In this document: positions 1-12,300 of the stretch, one piece after another
Layout: every line of letters starts with the position of its first letter
Numbering within the stretch: the first letter of the stretch is position 1
NCBI GenBank assembly: GCA_964200075.2
Contig: CAXNAA020000012.1
Span: forward strand, 1-39,456
Length of the DNA stretch: 39,456 nt
Direction of reading: 5' to 3'
Source: Sphacelaria rigidula
Lineage: Eukaryota
Notes under the pieces: model-generated
The model's database searches: none
What the model was told of the DNA's origin: nothing
The model's input: only the letters and a program-made list of their open reading frames with translations
Made by a program: the position numbers and the translations under genes

Positions 1-227
1 CATTTGTTGCTTGCCTTAGTCATTTGACCATTGACCACGCATCCCTTTCGAGACGGAGCAATAGTAGCAATAGTAGGGCTGGGGTGGGAGGAACCGTTCA
101 GCCGTCAAATGCGGGCAGAGTGAGGATACGCGCGCGGCACCTTCACCGTCGTTTGCGAAACTCTTGTTAGCTTACAAGCGAATGCAGCAGCTGTCGTGAG
201 TGTGACTATCATAACCTGTGCTTCGCA

Positions 228-265
228 TACTCACAGTTTGCACTCTTACTCACAGTTTGCACTCT
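228..265. repeat. Perfect 19-bp tandem duplication spanning a splice donor
   Basis: TACTCACAGTTTGCACTCT at 228-246 and 247-265. Confidence 0.95.
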
Positions 266-377
266 TGTCCCTGCCGTGGTACTTGTGCTCTCCCCAGATA
301 GCCGTTTGCCGCTCGTCCTTGTAGATACGAATGAACGCAACACCTTCCTCGGTGCGGCATGACTCGTCGAACTCCAG
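254..377 (-). CDS. Exon, CUB-like repeat C (LEFDESCRTEEGVAFIRIYKDERQTAIWGEHKYHGRDKSAN)
   Basis: tcatgtag| acceptor, T|GTGAGT donor; FD...TE...WGEHKYHG aligns with FD...TE...FGQEKYSG of repeat B. Confidence 0.9.
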
Positions 378-3300
378 CTACATGAGGCATACCCCCATAA
401 GAACGAGAGAAATGGAACAGCGCAGGAGCATGACGCGCCCGGGAACACACGATACCCGGTTGTGTATTGTAAATGTCTTCGTAGAGGGAGAAATTCATCT
501 TGCTGTGTCATGCTGGAAAAAAGCAGGCATGCCATTGGCCCACGGTTGGCGCGCGTCGTGAATGCACCGACTGCACATGAATTTAAACGTGTGCACGTTG
601 AACACAGACACCAGCTCTCGCACAGATGTATCGCGATGCCACCTCCCCCCCCGCCCCTCCCTTCAATTCCCACTAGACCGCAATACCCTCGACAGTGGAC
701 GATCTAAAAGCTTGTAGCAGATTGCAGGCGGGGAATATGCTCGTTCTCATGTTGTCACCTGAATACTGTCGGATCCGGGGAAATCTAACACGAAAATCTC
801 GTCGGTTCCTCTTTCATGAGGGTGCGAACTTTCCAGCACCCGCTCCATGTCCTTCACTGTCACCAAAGGCATGTGCCTACAGTGCAACACGACGCAACAG
901 GTGGAAGGACGTGTGGGTGGGGGGACGGGGATGAGCACCGACAATGCCTGGGAATCCTCGAACAGACCGCGTTGCGATAGCTCTGAAGTAAATGTGTCAG
1001 CTAAGATGTATATATATACGTGGTGCTGAACTATGCAAGTGTTTCGACAGTATTAGAGTCTTGTTATGGCCATAGCTGGAATACAGTACTGGGCGCTTGA
1101 ATTCTTCATTTTGTCATTTCTTCGCGAGTGGCGATTTTCTTAGGCTCTTTAGCTTTCCACCGTTCATCACATCGGGGATTTCAAGATACTTGTATTCACT
1201 CCACATTTCAAGATAAAACATCTGTTTACTCAATATTGAGTAACTTACGGGCTGACCAGTCATCGGGGGTCCTGACACGTTTCAGTTCAGATTCTGACTC
1301 TTCGGTATTTTTGGTCAATCGGGCCTATCCCCATCATATTTGTGAAAGAATGTACAGCTTGCTTTCTTGAAATCCGACCTACTCATTGCACTAGAGCCGA
1401 AAAACTGTGCTTCACGGTCAAAAACACTCTCCTGATAAACGGGGTATCTACTCGTATCGCCCGATAAAACCAATCAACACTAACTTGGGCACCGGGGGGG
1501 GAAGACGATCCGTTCATTTTACTAAATTGTACCGACGCTAGCACTTTCGAGTTCTATCGAAGAGTAGTCGCGAGACAAAAACCTTCTGAACAAAATACAG
1601 TTCAGGCGCACAGTACGATAGGTGAAATACGGTATATTTTACATATTCCGAGCGAGGCAATCGCCGCACCTTGATCAAGACCTCGCAAAATGAAAAAGTT
1701 ACCATCGAAGGGACGCTGTAAAATACGTCGTGTAACACCGGTCGAAATGACAGAATAACAGCGTAGCCGAGTGTTATAACAGCACATTGCCTGACTCCTA
1801 GGCACGGGTGAAACACACCATCGCAGGACACATCCGTCGTACCGGACAGCTCCAACCTTCCCCGTACCACTTACCTGGGCCTCTTGTCTGTAGCATCCGC
1901 AGAAGACAGCGCCTCAAACGCCCCAACCAAAGGATCGACGAGGCCCTTTGGAATATAGGGAACGAGCCCTGTGATTCCCGCCTCTGTTGCAGCGGCAACG
2001 GTAGCCTGTGCTTCCGCGGATAACATGACATCCGAGGCCCCCAAGCTCGACACGCTTGCAGAGCTCATTTCTCCTCGTCTCAGGGGCGAGGGTGACGGGA
2101 GCGCAACCGGAGGGGCACTCAGAGCAGACAAGAAGGCTGTAGGAAGTGGAGCATCCAACGGTGATACTCGTCCGCGCGGAAGAGGCCGAGGGCGGTCTGG
2201 TTCCGAGTGTAGGCTCACAATCACCGCGTCCCCAAATGCCTGCCGCCCGAGGATCGAGAAGAGAAACGGCGCGAAGGAGAGAATGAGCCAGAGGGGGGCT
2301 GGTGGGTGAAAGTTTCGACAACTAGGTCTAGTGCCCCGTGTATTGATTTCGCCTTCGATACTGCAGTATTGCTGACCGTTGAGAGGAGGGGGTACTTCCA
2401 GCATTCTAGTATGGGGTCAATATTTCGTTTGTGCCAGGAGTGAGTGAGATATTGAGTCAAAATCTACAACGTCTAGGGTGAAAAGGCGGAGAGCTCTCTG
2501 CTGTGAAAAGGCGAAGAGCTCTCTGCTGGCCCTCATGGTGACTGTTACAGGTAAATGTCCACATCATCCATCCCTTCCAACCTTGATGGGCCTCTTCGGT
2601 CGATCAGTGACAATTTTTCTCGTAGATACCTATTTACTCCGTGTGTATAATGATGAGTCGAAGCACTGACTGATGACTTCTACCACAAGCGACAAGTGCT
2701 GCTGTTCTCCATGCTGTGTCATCGGGAACACCGGCCCAGTGAATATTTGGCTACACTTGCCGCCGCACCCCGGTGGGGTACTGGTACAGATGGTACAGCT
2801 GATGCCATTCGGGCGGACAGGACGCGTGTTCGATTCCCGCCAGATGTATTCGCGTTTTTTTTCAAGTGCGAGCATATAATTTCCGTCGCTGAAAGCGTGA
2901 GGACGTACGTGAGCAGCAAAAAAAGTTTGCTTGGCCGAGATCATTTGACGATAATCGACGCGGTGCGGTAGTACTGACCCAACCGCGAGAACAAAATGCA
3001 AGGCGTGTACCGGGGGAGAGACATAGATTGCTTGACCCCTCGGAACCATGGACCCGTCCTGAGGAATGAGAGGAGTTCAATGCGTCACGGAAAAAACAAA
3101 ATGGCCCCCAGTGCATGCATATGGCTGGAATATGTGGATTTCTCTTGTCATGCTAACGTCATGCTTGCACGTCAGAAACACCTGGTTCAGCTGCGTTTCG
3201 TAGTTGGTGCTGCTATCTCATCTCTGGGCCGATAAAGTTGTCTTGACAGTATTTGGTAATCCAGAGCCAGACTCAACCGTTACGTTCTTGGTACCTAGGG

Positions 3301-6300
3301 ACAGAACGGTGGAAGACCGTGTTTACACTACCCGAACATTTTTGTTCTAATACTAACACCATAATTCACTTCCCTTCTTGTCAGCAACCAAACGCGTTGC
3401 TGATGAGACATACTATAAATGATTGATTGTCTCACTAACTGATCCGCTACGAGTACACTCATGGTCACATGATAAGTGCACCTCAGGTGCACAAATGACA
3501 GTACTAATCTCAACTCGAGAAACGAACGAAAGTGAGTAAGATGGGTAGAAGAGAACCAGCGCCAAGCCCGGGAAACCTATCGGCAGATCTTTGCCAGGCC
3601 TTCAGGTACAAAGGTCGTACAAAAGCAGGGCCGTGGAAGAAGGTTGCGGCTCAGCAATTAGACAGGGAATCTCATCGTCAACGCTGCAACAACGGGACAC
3701 AGAACCCAACGCGTGATGTGTTGTGGTGAACTTTTGAGCAAATTCTTGACAGCATATTTCACGCCTTCACGCGTCAAGAGTACTGTCCCCTCCACGACTC
3801 ATATGTGCGTGTGAGTTCATGCGGGTTTGTTGATAGTTGTCGTCGGCGTTATTTTTTTCCCACGACACCAACAGACAGCACAACGCAGTGCTATCGTCAG
3901 TACCGGTATAGTCCAGTTCAGTCCAGTCCAGCCCAATCCTTGAGTATCACTTGCTGTGACTGTACAGATGGTGACCAATACGAGAGCGTCGCTGAACGTG
4001 CGCAAGTTCCGAGTCGATAACCCCGTTCTTCTGCCTACTTGCGTCTGTGGAGTTCACTGTCCAACGTTTTGGAGCGAAATTTCGTAGTTGTCGCGTTTGA
4101 GGGAAAGATAAAACGTTTGTGGCAAAGAGGCCAAATACGTGCCTCCTTGCACCCGCGGACTTTGTGTCACACTTGTCGAACGTAATTTCAGGACTGCTTC
4201 TGGCCGCAGTCAGGTATATCGGCTGCGTTATCGATCGTGTTTACGTATAACACAGCGGATGTGACGTGTGTTGCAAGTTAGGGGAGTGGGGTGCTAGTAT
4301 GTACGGTCATTGCTGCCATCCACCGTGCATGGTACAGAACAGTAAAGTACAGCACAGCACCGTAGGGGTGGTTTCATGCTGCATAATGATATTTTACATC
4401 GAAGTATACCAGTGCAATGAGACATGCTCACGCCAAGTATGCTACCATCAGACGAAACCCATTCAACGACAGTGGGATGCCTGCTTTGTAGGTGTGCCTC
4501 ATTTGGATTCTGATGATTTCTTATTCGCTCTTCAGCAATTATGAGCGTTTGTAAAAAATGAGGCGTTCGACCCGGGGACGGAAGCTGGCAGATCCTCAAG
4601 GGTAACATTCGCGGAGTGTCCTCATGTTGTTCATCGCGGTGATCGGGTCGAGATTAGAAGCCGAGACCTTGACTTCACCGATCAATTAGAGTTGTCTCTA
4701 TGGTGCTGCAAATGTGAGGAGTTGATTCGAGTCTTCCACGAACACCTGTGGTGAGAAACCCCTTGAGCAAGCCAGTACCCGCAAAACTACTCCAAGATCA
4801 GGCCTCTCAAATACCTGCATACCCTCCCACTCCTTGGCGGGAACCACGAAGTCCGTCGCGTTCTGACTAGTGCCCGAATTCTTCGCCTCCGAGTCTGTCG
4901 CCTCAAGAAAGTACGCGAGCGGATACTCAAAGGCGACGACGGTGCACCTGGAAACATAACATGGTAAGCAGTCAGTCCAGATACGTCTTGACGTGTAAAT
5001 TCAAAACTACATGAATGCGATAAGTGCCACGTTACATCTGTCGTGGTCAGTTAATTCCATTTGCACGCACACTGCAGATCGCCCTGAGGCACAATGCATT
5101 TCGCTGATGGTTGCGGTGCGATCCAATGTTCGGCGCGACAGGATACCAGCCGCCATTCACGTAACCAAATCCGTGGGTAGGGTGGAGGAGACAATAACAA
5201 ACAATCGACAGAGTTTCATGTTTGATGGTTTCGGTGGTGAAGAATATGATCCGACAGCAATTGAAACCTTGCGAAAGCAACTGAAGTATCACTCGACAAC
5301 ACAGCAACTGTCAAGCAGAAATATGTACGGGTAGAGCACGCACACCTTTCGACCGAGACGGCGTCCCCGTTTCCCAGCAAGGCCAACGCTTCCCCGCCGA
5401 GGTGCAAGCCCTGATCAGCGGAAAACGCGCAAGCATCAATATGAGTACTACATGAAGCAACTGCGGAGCACGTGGAGCACAAGATGACAGCCTGTCCAGT
5501 GAGAATCAACGTAACTCCTCGCCTGTGCAGCATTCATATATCGGCTACGATACGGGTGCGCTGCCTTCCATGGTGATGCACTTCGCAAGTCAACTGGTAT
5601 GTCCAGCATTACTTACGTACAACAGGATGGGACGATGGCATATTGGATCGATTGGGTCAGCTGCAACTGAGAAATTCTGTATTTTCTACAAAACCCCAGG
5701 CCACTTGACCCCAGACCATTTGATCATGATATGCTACTTGAATTACGCGATAGGGCACTGCCATGAACACAGCGCCGTGGTGTAAATCAGCATCAGGCGT
5801 TTATTCCAACCACCCAAGTTCTTGGCTCAATGATGAGAATCCGTCCCCGACTTGTGTTTTTTAATCACCTGGAAGCTCCCTCCCAACAGAGCGAAGCAGG
5901 CATGTGCCATCCATAGCGACGGATCACACAGCGCCAGTGCCGTCCGTCTATTGTCGGCTACGAAAGCAGACGAGGAAGAACACGCACGCGCGTGAAAGGG
6001 TGAATGGCATCTGTATACCTGTCTGATATTTCCATCAATAGATGACAAAGGTTTTTCCGAAAGTGAGCTTTTCCGCACGCGGTTGACCCATTTTGGTGAC
6101 AGCGCGTGAATGATGAACCACGCAAAAAAGGTCACCCACCAACTAACTCTTTTTGTTGCAGCACGAAATGGGAACGTTGCAGATTTAGGCAGTGGAACGG
6201 AGCTGAGAGGTGGTGATATATCAAGTTCGAAGTGACACACTAAAGACGAATCATGACCAGGATCCACTTATGATTTATGCTTCCCAAATCGGCGAGAATA

Positions 6301-9300
6301 CCGCTGGCAGCACGGCATTGTCCTGAATAAGCACAGCAAGCCTGTGACGGCAATCGTCTCTCAATATCACCGAACCACAATCGGACTACCGAGCGTAACG
6401 ACCGCCCCGCTGATACATGTAACAAGCACAGATCGCCGAGAGCGATATTGAGAACTTTACATTTTTTCCTCTCGAATTCGGCGCAGCCTTCCAGCACCTT
6501 CACCACGCGCGGCAAGCCCTCGCAAGTCTGTCGGGAGAACAAGCAGCAAGTGGTAGGTCACGTGTCTTGTATTTTGCTCTGCACACTTCGAGTATGGGCT
6601 ACACAAAATTTCGAACGCTAGTCGCTACGGAACACCGCAGACTTGGACAGTTACTGTACTCCCAACAAATGAAAAGCGAAATCGAGCCAAACCTGGCGAT
6701 GTTCGGTACACAACCTTCGCGCTTGTTTCCCACACCGATCAACGATGCTGTTCTGGACATGCCTGGAGGTGCACACCACATTGGGAAAACGTAACTGAAA
6801 ACGGCCCTCGAGGATATACCGCTACATTACTATACTCACCTCTCGAAGACAATCAGAGAGCGGCCCAGACCATCCATCCTTGGCCAGCAACGCCCTCAGG
6901 AGTCTGATGTGCGCCCCAGCCAATGCGATAGCCTCTTCCCCAGTAACCCGGGACTCTTCGGGAAATGTCCCTCGCGGAGGCACTCCCAGCGTGCGCTGCC
7001 CCGCACATCCATTCAATGCAGAGGATAACGTCGGCCTAGCCCACACGCACAGACTTTTCCCGAGCGTCAACATCAAGGCGCGTACAAAAGGAAGTTCACC
7101 ATTTACGGCAGCCCCCGCGCCGGCAGGGAGATCGCGCGGGATCTTATGCGCCAGCCCTACTCTGCTCAGTTGTACCTGTAGGGCAGTGTCAGATTTGAAG
7201 TTCACGTCTCAGCGGGGGCGAGATGAGGAAGAGGAGGCCACTTGAGTCGCGGACCGGGTACATCGGTATGCCTCCGAGTGAATTCTTGCTTCATATTTGA
7301 AGGTGCAAAAGGTCATACAACAATGTGTTCGTGAGATTGAGAGGAGAGCGCTGACTGAGAGTGGCTTTGATCATCCGCTTGAACTCAGCCAATTTTTCAT
7401 TCTGTGTGTGTTTTCCTTCGCCATTACTGGCGTGTGCTTACAGCTACACGTCGATATCCCACTCAGAAAATATCAATGGTCTCAGTGGCAAGCTTTTACA
7501 GAACGCGTATCGGGCCTCGTGGAGGGGGTATTTCGGAACTGAAACCATGCATTTCACTAATTGATCACTTTTCACTCACAATCGTATCCTTTACCCTCAA
7601 TCTCACGAAAACATCGTTATACGCAGAAATCGACGCAAACCACTGCAACGGCGGTGCCGCTGCAGGGTGTGACTTTCATGAATATTCGCACCACAAAACA
7701 CCTTTCAAAAGTGAGTCTACCAAGTGCAGGAAGTCAAAGCTGAAGTGTGCTCGTCTCCCAGCATAACGAAGCTCATGGTATTTCGCGGAAAGGCTGCGAG
7801 CTCACGTACGCATCGCGTCCGCAGGATCATACAGATTGCAAATTTAGGTCAGAAGGATCATGAGGTTTTCGACGTAGAAGGCATGACACACAAAGCAGAT
7901 GGTATCGCTGGGAACTTCATTTCGACACCTGGCCACCGCGCTCTGATTCATTGCTCTCCTCTTTGGGTGTCAGACAGAAAACGTAAGTTCCATCCAACAA
8001 ACCACAGTTCTGCGACGAGGTCTTAGCTTTGGGGCGGAATACTGCACAAAGTCGATGGATCGGTATGCTCGTACTGCATCCGCCAAGTCGTGGTTTGTCA
8101 GTCCGTATGAGGACGGAGTTCGTGTTTTTTGCAAAGATCGCACTAGCCCTTTTATACAGGTCCGCTGTAAAAAAAATCATCCCCGGGCAACGAAGCGTGC
8201 AAACATCATGCCGGGAGGGGGGGGGTCGTCACTGTAGTAGCGGGCTGCAAATGGTGATGCCACACGCTCAAAGGAGATGAATCATCAACAGATGTACAGG
8301 CAAAAACACCAATAAGGGGATGCCAGCACAGCGAAAACACTCAGGAGAAGTAGTAGTATACTGATTATACTGGTGTATGCACATAAAATGCGTAGGCAGA
8401 GGCAATCGAAAAGAGAACAATAAAAATAGAAGCAAAAACCAGGCACTTTGAAGCAAATGTTGTCGCAAAACTCACCAAAAAAGTAGGAAGGCGACAGGGA
8501 AGAACATGACCAACGGTCCTGTATCCGAATTCCATGGATGATGGCTACATGAAACGTGGCACTAAAAATATCCTTTCCTTCCCTCAGCAGACGACTGTGC
8601 ATTTCAGTCATTTATGTGGTGAACTATGGTCGGTTTCACGCAGCACCTCATTAACTTGACACGTACAGGTAACCCAGCCTTCGGAGCATAGAGCTGCGAG
8701 GTCGGCTTTCCACCGGTCACCACGGGGTGCGAAACAAATAGTGCTTTGACGTTGCCAGGAAGAAGGACACCCAGCCCCAGCAGCAACACTGGTCAGGAAA
8801 CCGCGATCTTCGTAACGCCATGAGAGCGGGCTCATTATACCACAGCGAAAAAGGTGAGGGAAGAAATATTCAAAAAAAAAAGAAAAAAAGTACACGAGGT
8901 CTTCCTCTGCTGCTTTGGGCATAAGACTTGAGACTTCAACGCGCCCGGAAGTCCACAATACTACTCCGTGGCCTACCTGCACCATCTCCGGTGGGGCTTG
9001 CGGCAGAAGATTTTCGCATAGTCTAGCCGCACTAAGCTTCAGCTTCAGCGAGCCCTGCACCAGAAGTACCAACAACGGTCCTAACACCTGTGCACATGTC
9101 ACATTTGAAATTCGACGAGCATCGAAATGCGAACGTGGAAGGTTACTGGGATGATCCATTCGTGAGGTATCAAGGGTACAACAGTTTGAACGGAAGCGAT
9201 CATACCGAAACAATGTAGCGGAATGCAGACATTTACGGCATGACCCGGGACGACTTGTTTGTGGTGCATTGCTGACCGATTCCGAGAGGAGGAGCAAGCG

Positions 9301-12300
9301 ATCATCACCAATCTCCCCAGAGGTCAATCTCCTGTCCCGTCTAACTGAGCAAGTCCGCAGAATAACCCACAATTTGTGTCGGCCAATGATGCCACTACAT
9401 GGGCAAAGCAGATCAACACCAATGGGGTATCAGAATAGCCCGTACCATGTCACTGCAGCGTGGCCTCTTTGTCAGTGCCGGGCTGTGGTGAGGTGCTAGC
9501 GGCGCGAAAAACATGGGGGCTCACAGTGAACAAGAACTGATGAAGCGATGAAATGTCAACAAAAACGAGTAAATATCCAGTCAGTTTATTGCGTCCTCCG
9601 GGGATCCCAAGAAACACCGGGCGGAAATCGAGATCCACCACTACGCGCGACCTCGAGCTTGCCTTCAAGAACATGTATGAAATATTGTCCCCTACTTTGG
9701 GATGAATGGATCACGATTGAATTGCTGGGTTCTCCACTGGACCAGCCTGTATGCCATTCAGCTCGAGAAGCATAGTGGTGCCTCCATGTTCCCGCCGCGA
9801 TACCATATTTAGTGCAAAAGTCTGCAAGAAAACTAGGTGAATTTTGTAATCGGGTATTTTTGGCGATTCTTCACGTGCCACCGCTCATCACAGTGAACGT
9901 TTGATCCGAAAGTTTGGGAAAAGGGAGATACTAGCATCTGCTTGACGTTCCGAAAAGGAAATTATTTCTACACGCAATATTTAACGACTCACGGGATGAT
10001 CGGTTTTCGCGAGTCCCGCGGGTTTACAGCCCCAGGGTATGACTCTTCGGTATTTTTTCGCGAGAACAATCCCGACCGTCCTTGTGAAAAAACAAAATTT
10101 ACATTTTTCTCTGAGATTTTACCTTTTCATTGCGCTAGAGTCAAACGACTGTGCTTCTTGGACCAATGACGGTCGATAACACCCTCCTGATACATAGGTT
10201 CTTCCTCTGTAGCACCCCCACAACACCAACTTGGGGATCGTGCCCTGAGCACATGTTTTTCTTCCCAATAGTTACTGACTCTACCCATTCCGAATGCTAA
10301 GACCGCTTTTTATGGCAAATTAAAAAAATCCTGCAAAAATGCCTTTTTGGCCCTTCTGCGTCGTTTCATGCCCTGAAAGAGCCAGGTGGGTGTGGACCCC
10401 TCCGAACGACTTCCCCTGCCCGTTGAGACGGTCTCAGAACACCTTTACGTTTTCCGGTGGCCGCAGGTCTTTTTTGACCAAATTTGCATTTTTGTCCAAG
10501 GCGGTCAGGTCCAGAAAAAAACGGCAGATTTTTCTGTATTTGACCGTTTTTGACCGCTCTTCGACAAAACGTGAGTTTGGCGAAGATAAAGACTGCTGTC
10601 ACTGAAAAACGCAAATTGGCTCAAAACCATCTTGACGAGGAGAGCAAGTCATTCCGAGGTGTCAAAATCCGCCGAGCTCTCTTCTCAGACGTAACACGAC
10701 GCAGAAGGACCAACAGAACAGTTTTATTTTCTTCGTTTGACATCAGAAGCGGTCCAAGGAAGAACAATATGCAAGAGCATAAAAAAACAACAAAAACAAC
10801 ATTCGCCTGGCGTTTGCTTGCAGACTATTTCATCAAGAGCTTGCTTGACAGAACGCGACACCCCTCAGTCAGCACATGCCATGTACAGACCCGCGGTTGA
10901 ACATCAAGACAGTAATACTGGAGCGCACATCCGATTTCAGAGGGCACTACTATAGCTAACGACAGAGAGACCCGCACGATTCGCTGAGCTTACACTGGGA
11001 ACGTCTCAAAAGTTCGGCTTATCGAGCGCAGGGTGTAATCAGGGTGTTTGCGCCGTTTCTCAGACACTCAGGTACCTGCGGAGACACAAGAGGACTAGCC
11101 TCCAGGCTAAGCCCCCCACCCTGTGATACAGCACCATCCGTAGACGAAGCGCAACGCTGCACAAGGCTCAACACATCAGTGCATGCTTCTTCAAGCACCA
11201 CGGCCGGTTCATAAGGCGGCGGCGAGGTGCGAGACAGGATCCGGACCTGGCATATAAGTTAACATGGTCGGGAACAGATTAGTCTAGGTTTCAATACATC
11301 AATGATTTTCAGTTGTGCGCTAGTACAATTTCTGGCGTCTACATCTGACGCGTCGCTCCGATTTCTGTTGGTTCTGTTGGGCACTAATGTGTGGCTTTCC
11401 GGAATCGGTACCACGTCTTGCCTGGCCTGGCGTCTTCTTGTTCCCCTTTTCTGCTTTCCTTTCCTTTCCTTCCTTCCTTCTTTTTGCACCCCCGTCAAGT
11501 TTTTACCCTCTACTTTCTCCTTTAATCTCTGCCTATTTCTTGAGTTTTATTCAGCGAGGGTTTTCGCGTGTCTATCTTCGGTACGTCTATCTTACGATCA
11601 CGCCTAGATTCGTAGCGAGTGAGTTCAGGTCAACGTGCGACAATCAATCCGCCCAGTCCTTCATGAATGTAAAGCTTCAAAAATATTGTGCAAGACCCAT
11701 GCTACTTGAGAAACAGCCACCATAAATACTGTACGAAAGACTGGATTGAAATCACCTGGCATTGGAAGGCCTTGCTGTTCCAAAAAAAATGACACTCGGG
11801 AAGTCAACGAGGTTGACCGTACTGTACCAGGCGCCACTAATCTAGGGGCGCAATTGCTGCTGCCCGAGAGGCGACCACTGTTGTCCCTCGAGGAGCAGCG
11901 AGAAATCATTTTCTTTCAAAAACCTTGAATCTGCATTTTTCTTCACCTGTTCGGCATTGAGGGCACCCGTGTAGGTGCTTGCGCCCCACAGGTAGCCATT
12001 GGCGGACTTTTGCGACGACACATAGCTGGGAGGTTGGCCTAGGTACACCGGATAGTCGTTCAGGTTTGGTAAAGAGTCCTGCAGAAAACGATGAACAGAA
12101 GATTCGCACACGCGCGAGTGTGCCATAGACAAGGCTGTTGACGCAACATCCGCGAAACCAGCATCAATTCGTGCATTGTGCGTTAAATACTTGAGTTCGC
12201 CCATACTTGGCCCTTTACACACTGAACTCTGCAAACGCAACGATGAACGAGGAAAGTGGTCGTGATTTTTCCAGCCCACTTGGAATGACACGGTTCGTAT

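Noticed and set aside
7303-7368. RhoGAP-like peptide VQKVIQQCVREIERRALTESG
   Set aside because: It resembles the start of RhoGAP domains over ~20 aa only. There is no GIYR arginine finger or continuation in any frame.
8608-9372. 254-aa minus-strand ORF as a standalone gene
   Set aside because: Only 8977-9087 is exon-like and splice-bounded. The flanks translate intronic poly-T and other non-coding sequence.
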